A stretch of 64,000 nt of DNA from Octopus vulgaris. Its lineage: Eukaryota. The position numbers and the translations under genes are program-made. This document shows positions 13,051 through 28,457 of the stretch, one piece after another. Below the pieces are notes generated by a model. The model saw only the letters and a program-made list of their open reading frames with translations. It was not told the DNA's origin and did not search any database. Each line of letters opens with the position of its first letter. The stretch's first letter is position 1. Location of the stretch: positions 44,950,001-45,014,000 of the forward strand of contig OX597835.1 of assembly GCA_951406725.2 (NCBI GenBank), written 5' to 3'.

Positions 13051-13644
13051 GGGCAGAAAGTATAAACTTGTATGTAAACATAGTTTTTGGTTAATATATA
13101 AATCGAATTCGATATTCTGATACCTTAGGAACCGCTATTGAGTACTACAATCACGTACTATAATCACCATTTCGTATGAATTAACAAACGCAGATATACA
13201 GAGCAAGAACTGCACGCACACGCATATATGTATGTATGTGCGTGTGTGTGTACGTGTGTTTATTTAACATGTCTATTCTCGTATAATTAGGATATTAGTT
13301 TATTACATATCATTACATACATTATATTTCATCTACGTTTAATTATGATAATTTTTGCCGAAATCTTTTTATATTTCTGTATTTATAATAATGTGACGTC
13401 GCTCCATAAATTCTTTGAGATTTTATGGAACTTCTTTAAACAGTTTCTTAGTAGTGGCATATATTTGTCGCGTTGTGTTTTAAGCTTCAAGCGATCGTGT
13501 AAATCTTGTTACTAATGCTAGAACCATCATTATCGGATTAATATTTCTTCACTTGTAACTAACTGATAATTTTCATATTGATGTATGTAAGATTTAAACG
13601 TCTGTGTATATGTGTGTCTGTCTAAGTACGTGTGTGCGTTTGAG

Positions 13645-13677
<33 letters not shown>

Positions 13678-14486
13678 CTGTGTGTGTGTGTGTGTGTGTG
13701 TGTTTGTGTGTGTCTGTGTTTGTGTATGTGCGTGCGTGCTAGGTACACAGACGGAGGCAAAATCTAGTTTTAAGTTATGCTGAATGCACAGCGGTATGGA
13801 ATGTAATTTCATGTTTAGAATTATTTAGAATTCTTTTGAAATCCTTTTGTGTTATGTTATATTACATAATCCCGCTGCGCCGGTGAAGCTCAACATATTG
13901 CAACGGATAATTGATATTGTGTATCTACACATTGCATATAGTCTTACCAGAGGCATGTGATCTTTCTTGTATTGATATGGAATCGTAACAATCAGACAAA
14001 ATTCCCAAATCTTTAAATATCAAAGACTCCCACCTGATGCCTTATAGTGTGAACTGAAATTTCTTAAAATTAAAACTATTACTTCTATATACTAAATACT
14101 TATTCAAGGGAATTACAACACTGCTCTGGTAATAGTAGAACAACACAATTTCATCAGTATTCCCACTAATATTTTGCGTAAATATTTTATTTAATTCAAC
14201 TAATATCCGAGCGTAAATTCGTGTTTAAAACGCATCAGTTAAAGTCTGTATTTGTAGCTTTGGTTTTGAAATTTTGCAAATATATTTTAGCGTAACTAAA
14301 ATACCCTTAAATTAGAATTATTTTCCGTGATAAAACTTGTAATGCGTTTCTGAGCCCTTATATGCAGCAGACTGAATCATGTTATTGCTATTTCCTCACT
14401 ACGGAGAAATGACGTTCATTCATTCACGATAGGGCGGCAATTAACCGAGAACGTGGAAATGAAGACTCGGGAAAAATTATAAGATA

Positions 14487-14884
14487 CTAGCAGTATCGCC
14501 CGGCGTTGCTCGGGTTTGTAAGGGAAATAACTGTATAAGCATTTTTAGAGAGTTATAGCCCCAAAATAGCAAAAATAATGCATTAAAAATGTAAAAAAAA
14601 TGATGGTAATTTTTTTTAAAAATCGTTGACTGATCGTAGACATTTTTAGAGAGTTACTTCCCTTATATAATAGCGAAAAGATGCATTAAAATGGAAAAAA
14701 CTAATGGTAAATTATTTTTAAAATCGTAGACTCATCGTAGACGCGTGCTAATACCCAGAAGGCTCGATATGAATCACGACTATAAGATACCCGCTTTTGG
14801 TTACACTGCACCGCAAAATGTGGGAGTAGTTAGGAATCTAAATCGTAGGAGACAGACACACAACTTCACTTTTATATATAAAGA
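14487..14884 (-). mobile_element. Non-autonomous Helitron, same family as 11791-12304
   Basis: Minus strand reads A|TCTTTATATATAAAAG...AAACCCGAGCAACGCCGGGCGATACTGCTAG|T. Confidence 0.85.
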
Positions 14885-14959
14885 TATGAAGAAACAAGGA
14901 AAGTAGACGAAGTCATGTTACGTCGACTGAAAACGAAAGACAGTAAATTATGTGTTTTT

Positions 14960-15280
14960 GACCCCACGACTTATTCTTTTTTAAGCCTGGTACTTATTCT
15001 ATCTGTCTCCGTTATGTGGACGTAAAAACATGAACATCGGTTGTCAAGCGATGGTGGGGGAACAAACACAGACACAGATACACGTGCGCATGCACACACA
15101 TACCTGTATATACAACGGGCTTCTTTCAGTTTCCGTCTACCAAATCCACTCACAAGGCTTTGGTAGGCCCGAGGGTATAGTAGAAACGACTTGCCCAAGG
15201 TGTCACGCGGTGGGACTGAACCCAGAATCATGTGGCTGGTAAGCAAGCTACTTACCACACAGCCACTCCTACACCTATAG
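14960..15280 (-). mobile_element. SINE family B
   Basis: GGGCTTCTTTCAGTTTCCGTCTACCAAATCCACTCACAAGGCTTTGG...CTTGCCCAAGG...AAGCTACTTACCACACAGCCACTCCT. Confidence 0.85.
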
Positions 15281-16694
15281 CTACTCCTTCGCCTATATTT
15301 CTGTGTATGTATGTGTGTGTATATCTTTGAAACAAAGTGGAGGCAAGAGATGTAACACAGAGAAGCAAGTGGCATGATTTGAACAATAAAGACGAATAAC
15401 GGAATAGTAGACAACATACACGAAGATTCCTAAACTTATATGACTTATTTCCGCTTACAAATAAGGTACATAAATTGCTTTGAGAGAATTGTCACTGACT
15501 CTAAATAAAAAGGGAGATAATCTCAAGAAACAAGAACTCCATAATTCGGGTTACAATGAAGAGCAACTATGGTTCCGCGTTTCTGCTTTAATAGGAGTTA
15601 TATAAATATACATGGATTAAAAGGCAATTCGTTCATATTTAACTGACCCTCTCTCTTCCTACACGCAAGCACACGTCTACACAGAGCGAAACACATATAG
15701 GCATATGCTTGGCCGTGAGACCAAGGGTGACCAAGAGCTGAATATAAAACTCAATACTTCAAAAGCCGTTTCTTTGATATCAATTTATCTATGGATATTG
15801 TTAATCGAACGTATTTCTTTCTCTATAGATATCGTCTAAATTTAATAAGATACGTTCTCATGAAAGAAACTGAAGCACATTTCTGAACTTTCCTATCGAT
15901 ATCTATTAATACAAACGCACACACACACGTCCATATACATACATACACACACACACACAAACATATATATGAATGTATGTATATGTGTGAATATATATAT
16001 ATATATACATACATATATGTGTGTGTGTATGTGTGTGTGTGCGTATTTATGTACGTAGATAGATAGACCCATATATTTATGCATATATAAGGAACTAATT
16101 GTATATATCTATATCTACGTGTGTGTGTACGTATATATTATGTACATACGCAGTCTTTGATAACATTATGAATGGTGTCTGAATCATGATATCAATAGAG
16201 AGAAAGATAGTGAGAAAGAGAAAGGAAGTGACACACAACCGGAGTGAGGGGCAGAGGGAGAGTAGTTGAAGGGTATCTAATGATAACTCTATGCATACTA
16301 AAATTTCGTATGCTTACTTCTAGAAACATTATGTTTTTTAATTTCCATCTGGACTATAAATAGACTGTTTATAAAAACGATATGACCGACCTCAGGCACC
16401 AACCAGCTCTACCAAAACTTCTGACATGAATAAGAAAATCGCTTTTCGTATCTTATTCTTTTCTTTTTTTGTACTGTATAAGGCGGAAAATTTTAAATTT
16501 CCCAGGACGACAAAACAAAGGTGAGAATATACAATGTATTTTGTTGGAAAACTGACAGGAAATATTGAGACTCTTTTCGTTTTGTTTTGTGCATTGAAAA
16601 TGTTTGTGTCTTTGTATATAAAATGCGGGAACCAGTCCTGATTTTATTAGACTTGAAGCTCCAAAATACTGGCAAGGCACAATATGTGTACAAA

Positions 16695-17400
16695 TGGTCC
16701 TAATACCATGAAACGGGATTCTTAAGTATGCTTAGGTATGGATTATTTAATTATGAGATAATCAACCTGTGTAAATAATTAATTTAATTAAACTTTAAGC
16801 TCCAGTAATGAATTACATTGACTATTACTCCTTAGACACAAGTGATACGAAAACTCAAGAAAAACAAATTAAGAAGTTTTAATTAGACACGTAATTAGGA
16901 ATTAATTAGACTTTCTGTTCGAGCGTCAATTACTTCGCAGAAATGTTCACTAAAGCCAACTGAATCTTTTCATGTCACTTAAGAACCATTTTAGGTATGG
17001 ATTTCTAATTTAAGAAGTATTTTCTACTAATCGCTGTACACTAATTAAGAAGAAACAATCAGAAACACTGTTTCCAAGCTAAATGATGAATGCAACATAG
17101 AAACATGTCTTAGACCCAGTTGACCCAGTTGACAGGGAAGGAAGAAACATCCCAGGTATTAGAAGACAATAAGAAATCGTTAATTAGATCGTTAATTAAG
17201 TCTTTATTTAGACTTTCTGCTCCAATGTAAATTCTTTCACAAAAATATTCGGTTCGTCAGACTGAATATAATCATAGTATGTAAGAATGATAGGTATGGA
17301 TCCCTAATTTTCACTAATTATCATATCCTCCTATTAAAAATGGAAAAAAACACTTTTAACTGGAAAAATGTTGATTTTCCATTCCATGGCATCGGAATCC
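16695..17400. repeat. Diverged ~260-300-bp direct repeats, possibly a transposon subterminal region
   Basis: TAGGTATGGAT at ~16734, ~16992 and 17291; TAGACTTTCTG at ~16908 and ~17209; colinear similarity between 16880-17010 and 17180-17310. Confidence 0.55.
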
Positions 17401-17914
17401 TTCCTCCATTACTGATGCTGACTTCTGTCAACAAATAATGCATACAGCTTTCGTTCATTCGAAAAAGATTAATTTTTAAAGCAGTAATGTTTCTTTTAAA
17501 GGAGACTTGTCCCACACAAACTTCACAAAAATGAAAACTGTTACAAATAAAAAATGGATTAAAACTACAACAAAGGGCAACTTGCATCTTGGACAAAAAT
17601 GTCACATAAATGCAAAATGGCTGTTAGAAACCAACGACGAATTGAAGCGTTTACGTAGAATGTGGCAGCTTTGGCCTGTTGGCAAAACCGCGGCCTACAA
17701 AGCAAGATTGGATTGATAGTATAATAGTGAGCATCGCAACCCCCTTACTCGCATTGTTTGAATTAACAAAGTTTTATATAATGATCAAACGCTAGATATT
17801 CAAATTCTCGTACTGCCTCTAAACGACACATACGCCATGATATTTTTAATCTATCAATACGTCTACACCAAAGAGTAGAGGTGTTGGTACACAACGCCCA
17901 GACGACTGCAGGGT

Positions 17915-18520
17915 GTAATCTATTCTGTCTCGGAGTCTGACTGCTCGTCACCAGAGGATACGGTCAACATGGTATCATCCTCGTCATCACTGAACTCGGC
18001 AATGAGCAGTGATGCTGGTCTCTCCTCTGTCAGACTGGCAGGTAGTTTCTCGCCTTGGAAGCAGATGATCGTGTATTCGTTATCGATCCGTTCCAATCCG
18101 TACTCTAGTTGTTGTTCAAATTCCTACTGCGTCCTCTACGACTGCAGCATAATCGACTACCACAACTAATTTCGTACTCTTGGGCGATTGTACTTTGATA
18201 TTGTATTCGAATTTTCGCTCGATCCATTTACTCAAATACTGAGCTGTTGAACACGAAACAGCCCGGCATCCTGGCAATATTCGACATGTCGTGTGTAAAG
18301 GAACGTCAGCAATTCCGGTCCTTTCTGATTCAGTACGCATTCCCTTATGAAGTCAGAAAGTAATTCCATCGCTTGTCCTTTCGGTTCACTCGTTTTGTCA
18401 TCCCTTTCCGTCAATGCCCGCGCGCGCTTGGAGAAAATAGTCTTGCAGCTTTGATGGTACTTTACTTCTTTAGCGATCATATCTATTCCAGCGATTTTCC
18501 GGAGCACAGTGTCACCATCC
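17915..18520 (-). pseudogene. Internally deleted DNA-transposase relic, Academ-like
   Basis: N-terminal-type motif MLRKIAGIDMIAKEVKYHQSC (18507 downward) is joined within ~400 bp to a C-terminal-type segment EYGLERIDNEYTIICFQGEKLP followed by an acidic tail. The family call rests on recalled motifs (D-L-I-A-x-E-x-K-Y-H-x-x-C; YGW...WF.G.QLP), not a search. Confidence 0.5.
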
Positions 18521-18691
18521 TTTCTACTATAGACACAAGACCTGAAATTTTAGGGGCGGGGTAATACGCGTACATATGTTTGGGATGCATTGCCTAGTGT
18601 ATTTTTATTAGAAGGGCTGTTATGACGTGATACTGGGCTTCGTGTATTTTACCCCAGTGTCACTTTGATGGCACCCACCACTCTTTCACTC

Positions 18692-18748
<57 letters not shown>

Positions 18749-18772
18749 AACAACAACAACAATAATAATAAT
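18692..18772. repeat. (AAT)n/(AAC)n microsatellite
   Basis: Directly visible. Confidence 0.95.
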
Positions 18773-19483
18773 TTATACTATAGTCACAAGGCTTCATATT
18801 TTTGGGGCAGTGGTAATGTCGAATGCATTGATTCCAATACATAATAATAGCCCAGTCAGTCTATTCAGATTAGGAAATCAGTGGTTTTGAAAAATGTAGA
18901 TAATAGAATATATTTTCAAATATTGAGTTCGATTAAACGCAATGACTTCATTATAAAAACAAAAAACATTATTGTCTTCATCGATATTTTCAATCACTCT
19001 TTTTAACGAGGATACCATTCTTGGCGGTCTGTGTATATGCATGAGATACTTAGGGGAAAATTATAGAAACACTGACAGACAAGTAAAACATCTAACATAT
19101 TGAAATATATTTTCAGTAACAAACAGAATGGGTTTTCGGCGTTACTGAAAGTTGGAAAATTTACTAAAATTCAAAGCCTGATGGTCGTCTATTAGTGGAT
19201 ATCGGCTCAAAACAGAGATGCAACAATTTTATTTCCAAGACTGCTCAGTCGGAGCAGATTTGGAGCTAAATACCAAGAACAACTCCAGCGCCGACCTTTT
19301 CAGAAACTTGAAATAAGGAAGGTTTGACTTTCATTTATGAGGGTTAAAGTGATTCAAGAAGATAATATTTAATGAATAGAGGATATTGCTTGCGATTATT
19401 CCCCATCAGAATTTAAACTGGTAAAAGTAGCATCTAATTATGGTAGACGTAACCTATCTAATTACATACAAACTGCATTTCTA

Positions 19484-19824
19484 TACTCTTTTACTTGTTT
19501 CAGTCATTTGACTGCGGCCATGCTGGATCACCGCCTTTAATCGAGCAACTCGACCCCGGGACTTGTTCTTTATAAGCCCAGTACTTATTCTATCGGTCAC
19601 TTTTGTCGAACCGCTAAGTGACGGGGTCATAAACACACACACACATAAATATATACATATATACGACGGGCTTCTTTCAGTTTCCGTCTACCAAATCCAC
19701 TTACAAGGCTTTGGTCGGCCCGAGGCTATAGTAGAAGACACTTGCCCAAGGTGCCACGTAGTGGGACTGAACCCGGAACCATGTGGTTGGTAAGCAAGCT
19801 ACTTACCACATAGCCACTCCTGCG

Positions 19825-19830
<6 letters not shown>
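19484..19830 (-). mobile_element. SINE family B, near full length
   Basis: Runs from tail TACTCTTTTACTTGTTTCAGTCATTTGACTGCGGCCATGCTGG to head GCCACTCCTGCGCCTAT. Confidence 0.9.
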
Positions 19831-19878
<48 letters not shown>

Positions 19879-20099
19879 CATCACTACAGGTTTATAGCTT
19901 TATGTTTATAGTGTGTATGTGCGTGCATATACACACACATACATATATACATACATACATACATACATACATACATACATACATACATGCATACACAGGC
20001 GTATGTACGTACATGGATACATACATACATACATACACACATACATACGTACATATATATGACGAACTAACTGTTACTTTCTCAGATGCAGCACGGATT

Positions 20100-20150
20100 T
20101 TTGTCAGTGAACAGGTCGCGGTCTTAAAGCGACGAAAATATTTTGACAAA
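20100..20150 (+). ncRNA. Predicted type-I hammerhead-like fold with G3-C8 core variant
   Basis: Helix I TTTGTCA/TGACAAA; core GTGAACA plus an extra G; helix II GTCGC/GCGAC; GAAA; palindromic helix III AATATT; UH site at 20142-20143. Second copy at 59108-59158. Confidence 0.6.
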
Positions 20151-21440
20151 TTAAACTTAAATGTTGAAGTGAATCGAACGGCTTTTGTGTGTTTCTTAAA
20201 TGGCTCACAAACACCTTCCACGCGGCAATTGTTATATATATTTCTCTATATATATATATCTTCCAAATATATTAGTGGCTGTTAAATCTGGTTGAAATTG
20301 AAACCTTCACCATCAATTTTAGATCTTCCAAATATGATGGGAAAAAGCTTTGAGTAATGTCTATGAATCTAATCATAATACGAAATTTAAAACAAAAAAA
20401 AACGGTTGAGACTGATTCCTTCTTCGGGAGGGTTTGATCTCGTGAATATGATGTGCACAATTTCAGGGTTAAAAGCTCTAAATCAAATTTATTCACAACA
20501 CCATTATACCGAAACATGGCACCGGGTCAGTGTCACACGATGCTTCGCTTTTGTCATAGTTCTACTGTCTCAATGCTTCAGACAAATATACATTAGATAG
20601 AAACTATCCATTATCAAATTTCTAAATCTTTTTTATGTTCCGTATGGAGAGATATTGAGTACAGTGGAAATCAGTGAAACTTCAGTGAAATATGCTTTAA
20701 GCAGAATACTTCATTTCCGTTATTTGTGATAATGCGTCGACTGAACTAAATGTTTTTATCTCACTGGCAATTGCCACTTGCCGCATAGAGATAACTCAAT
20801 TACAATACATGTCGCTTACAATAGAGAGTAGCACAAATTGGGTGAATAAGGAAAATAACATTAAATCTATAGAGCGTTGATTGTTGTCGAACTTGTATAA
20901 GTAGAACAGAAGAGTGGGCAATTTTTTGAAGTAGACAAAGCTTTATCGATTGAATGACAAATTTATGAATAGCGGTTGACATATGTAGCACTACTAGGGG
21001 AAGTGGTATCGGTTCAAACGGGAGTGAAAGCAAGAGGAAAATGAAATTGTGTGGCAAGAGAAAGTGGGTATTTTATCATTAAGTTCGGAATGGTTGCAAT
21101 GTTTAGATATTATAATACAGTCGTCCCTTGGGGAAAGCCGTTCATCAAAAATACTGGGGAGCGAAGCAAAGAAAAAGAAATTAAAGATATTGTTTTCTAG
21201 AAACCATAGATTTGTATTGATTTCATCTTGTTGTTGACGAGTCATTCACACGCGCACGCGCACACCCGCAGATGTATACAGAGTATATTACTATACAGTA
21301 CGCAGCACAGCCGATATGTACGTACGTACATACATATATAATAAAAAAATATTCACAAAAATAAGTATGTTTATATGTGTATATATATGTATATATCATT
21401 CACATATGTATTTGGGACTATATATTTATATATGTGTGTA

Positions 21441-21505
<65 letters not shown>

Positions 21506-22314
21506 CATATATATATATGTATATATATATATATATGTATGTATATAAATAAATATCAATGTATATCCATATATCTATATATATATACCCACTTATATAT
21601 ATTCCAGCCTGCATTTGCACGTGACTGTGTGCGCGGAGGAATTGCGTATGTGTATCCGTGCACGAATGCATTTGTGCGCGGGTCTATGGCCGTGTTTGTT
21701 TGTGAGCACGTGCGTGTGTTTATTTGTGGATGTGTGTTTGTGTGCGTGAAGTTTCATGCGATGTCCCTTAGCTCTTTCGGTCTCTGTAATTGTGTTGTTT
21801 CACTATAAAGACCATCCAACCGTTTTTATAAATATTGCTTTTAACGTTTTCTAATCTGAAAATACTTTGATTTGTTTTTGCATTGCAATACTGTAGTTAC
21901 AAAGGTTTTTTATTGCATTTGTCCTGCTATAAACATCTAACCAATGCTGTTCTTATAAATTCCTATTAATATAATGCAACTCTATCCCTCGCTGTTGGTA
22001 TAGACCGTCAGTTAGTCAATGTAAGAATGCAGCAGATGTAAGTCTGGGTTGCATTAGCACCGCTACCAATCATTATTCGAGGATCGAAGTGGTGAACCAC
22101 TAAAACTTTTGCGCGACCAGGCTTATGTGTTGCTACGTTGCAGGTCACAATCTTCATTGAAATAGTGATGTTGTTTGTTGCTAAACTAAGTTTGATGTTC
22201 CTGGGATTGCAACTGTTTCGCAATAAAGCTCTATTCGAATGTTGCCTTTCTCCATTGCAACAATGAAGTACTATTCTAGTAATACGGCTACGAGCGCACT
22301 ACGACGATAGTATG

Positions 22315-22547
22315 TTTATTTCTTTATAGCCCACATGGGGCCTAAACGTAGAGAGGCAAACAAGGCCAGACAAAGGGATTAAGTCTATTACATCACCCCA
22401 GTGCGTAACTGGTAACTATTAAATCGTCACCAAAAGGATGAAAGACAAAGTCGGCCTCGGTGCAATTCGAACACAGAACATAACGACAGACGAAATACAT
22501 CTAAGCATTTCGCCCGGCGCGCTAACAATTCTACCAGCTCGCCGCCC
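22315..22547 (-). mobile_element. SINE family A
   Basis: AAAAGGATGAAAGACAAAGTCGGCCTCGG...CTAAGCATTTCGCCCGGCGCGCTAAC...CCAGCTCGCCGCC. Confidence 0.85.
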
Positions 22548-22554
22548 ATTATAT

Positions 22555-25206
<2,652 letters not shown>

Positions 25207-25379
25207 TGGCAGGGCTTACTGCTAGGGAGTCGGCCGTATACTAGAAATAGACCATCAACGGTCAAACTACAAGGAAATTCTCTAGAGGAAAAATACAGCG
25301 AACACCAGAACCAACTTTGGCGGGCATGACAGATGAAAATTTATATAAAAACAGAATTAATATTAATTTATCTCCCTCA

Positions 25380-25442
<63 letters not shown>

Positions 25443-25881
25443 CCCACAGTTTACACGGGTAGAGTAGAATAGTTAATGGACTGTTAGGTAGATAAATGTA
25501 TGTTGGTGTGAGTGTGTGTGTATGCCTTGTTTTTAATCATTATTATTCTTTTTTGTTTTTGTTATTTTGTTTTTAAAATTTATTTTTATTTTTATTTTTT
25601 ATTTTTTATATGTAAGCATTTAGATATGTAAATAAGCAGATCAATATACAGACGGATAGGTATATAGACTATATGAACTGACACATATGGAGACACGGAT
25701 CCACACATATAAAGATGGACATCCATACATACAAACATGGTACATGGTTACATAACACACACACACACACACACACAGATATGCACACACAGGGAGACAG
25801 GGGTGCATACATATACAAACACATGCTCACACACACAGATACATAGAAAATACACAAACACGGACATGCAAGCACATAAAC

Positions 25882-25950
25882 ATGCACGTTACGTACATAC
25901 AGATGCACGTTACGTACATACAGATGCACGTTACGTACATACAGATGCAC
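25882..25950. repeat. 21-bp tandem repeat x3 (ATGCACGTTACGTACATACAG)
   Basis: Three exact units plus a partial fourth. Confidence 0.9.
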
Positions 25951-26061
25951 ACACGCAACGAAAATTTTAGAAAATAAAAATAAGAAATAAATGGAAATTT
26001 TACCGATGAGTGTGTTAAATAATAAGGCACTAAAAGAGAATAACTCTCCCCAGATACAGCA

Positions 26062-26107
<46 letters not shown>

Positions 26108-26116
<9 letters not shown>

Positions 26117-26405
26117 TACATTAGAGTTAAAACCACTATTAGGCAAATCAAACAATGAAAAACTTAAGCCAATACATAAGATTATTTAATTTAGTGTTAT
26201 ATTAATTATATTTTTTGATAATTTTGTTATATATTTAAATAATATAAATTAAATAATCTTATGTATTGGCTTAAGTTTTTCATTGTATGATTTGCCTAGT
26301 AGTGGTTTTATCTCTAATTTAATATAATATAATATTTTACTATAAAATTGGATTCAGTCCTAAATCTGATTTTCCCCTGTAAATTTGGATTTATTCCCTA
26401 ATATT

Positions 26406-26408
<3 letters not shown>
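26108..26408. repeat. (TA)n-flanked foldback: ~86-bp inverted arms plus a one-sided extension
   Basis: Arms 26108-26193 and 26245-26330 are reverse complements with a few mismatches; ~75 bp of unpaired extension follows before (TA)n. Confidence 0.85.
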
Positions 26409-26462
<54 letters not shown>

Positions 26463-27204
26463 TATATATATATGCATATGCATGTATAAATATATTTAAT
26501 CTTGTAAAAATATAACTATTTGTGATATCGCGTAAAAATTGATTTAAAAGAATTTGAGACAGTTAGCTTCCAGTCGTCCATGTATATAGAGGAATTATGA
26601 AGCCAGACACATGAGACGTTCGTAGGCACGACAAGAACCAACACTCCATGCGGCAGGCTTAAGTAATTGTGGATAATTCCCGCATGAAATACATGGTTGC
26701 CTTGTTAACCAACAGATGCAGAATAATTATCCACTAATGCAGTGTTAAGCACACATTTCCACTATCATATTAGCAGTAGTATGTATATATGTGTATATGT
26801 TTGTGTGTTTTATGCGCGTGAGTGCGTTTGTGTGTATACACACAAACACGCCCGAACACCCATATATATATACTTGACAAACCACTCTAACAAGATCGCA
26901 GATATATTACATCTACATTATTCTAATACGATAGAACGGTTATAGATGCATAATGCATGCTTGAAAGAGACCCAGTGAAATAGCCTCCATTTTCAAAAAT
27001 ACTTTAAACTGTTTTACAGTAAATTAGTTTTACTTTTCAATGTTGCCGATGTAATTTGCTGCAATGAACCTTGCTGACTTCTTTGTTGTTCTACTCTCCC
27101 TACCATTAAATATTTCTGTTTATCCTTCCGCTTCTTGTCCTTTTTTCTGTCAATCGATCGATGGATCGATCTGATCTTATATCAGCATATATTTCCTTTC
27201 ACAT

Positions 27205-27312
27205 CTATGTATGTACGTATGTACGTATGTATGTATGTATGTATGTATGTATGTATGTATGTATGTATGTATGTATGTATGTATGTATGTATGTATGTAT
27301 GCATCTATCTAT

Positions 27313-27346
<34 letters not shown>

Positions 27347-27357
27347 CTCTCTCTCCC

Positions 27358-27418
<61 letters not shown>

Positions 27419-27425
27419 TTATCTA
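27205..27425. repeat. (TATG)n then (TCTA)n/(TC)n microsatellites
   Basis: Directly visible. Confidence 0.95.
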
Positions 27426-27644
27426 ATTACCTACCTATGTATATATCTATCTCCGTATCTTTCTTTTAACATTTCCCTCTCATTTCTCGGTCTCAATATT
27501 TCTCTTTCACTCTCTCTGTATATACATATGCATGTGTGCACCAGTGTGTATGAAAGAACGATATATATATATATATAATATATATATACACGTATATATA
27601 TATATTAATGTATATGTATGTGTCTCTGTGTGTATTTATATACT

Positions 27645-27682
<38 letters not shown>

Positions 27683-28392
27683 TATATATATACACATAAA
27701 TGAGGGTATGCGTGTGTATAACTAATGAAATTACATACACACACACACTAACACAGTGTGTATATATCTATGGTTTCTGCGCGTGCATTGGGATATATGC
27801 ATTTGTGTCTGCATCGACTGCGGAGCGTGTGATTTTGTGTTTAAATATGTGTGTGCTATTATGTGTTTCAATGTGAGTGATTGCTTACAAGCATTCACCC
27901 CACTCTCTCTCTCCCTCGCTCTATCTGTCTTCTTCTCTTTCTCTCCCCCTCTCTCTGTGCAGTCTCCTGTATCTATATGTATTTGCCTGAGTGTCTGTCT
28001 GTGAACGTATGCATGTGTGTGTATTCATGAGTATGTGTCGGGCTTACATATGGTCAATAATTGATAAAAGATCTGACAAATATTTCGCTCTTTCTATCGT
28101 TAATTATATCAGCCGCAAACCTCTGCTTCGCTATCTCTCGGGGGAAGCGAGGAATCTATAAATGTTGTAAAGCATGCTATATATTATATATCGTTACAAA
28201 TATGGTTACTGCATCAGCTGATAATGGTCTCTCTGCTGGGCCATATTCGCATATATACATACACAGATACAAGCACATACCCGTCGGTTGCACAAACATC
28301 CAAGTACTCACAAGCACACACACACATGTATATATATATATATATATACATATATATACATATATATACATATATATGCGTATATATGTATG

Positions 28393-28457
<65 letters not shown>

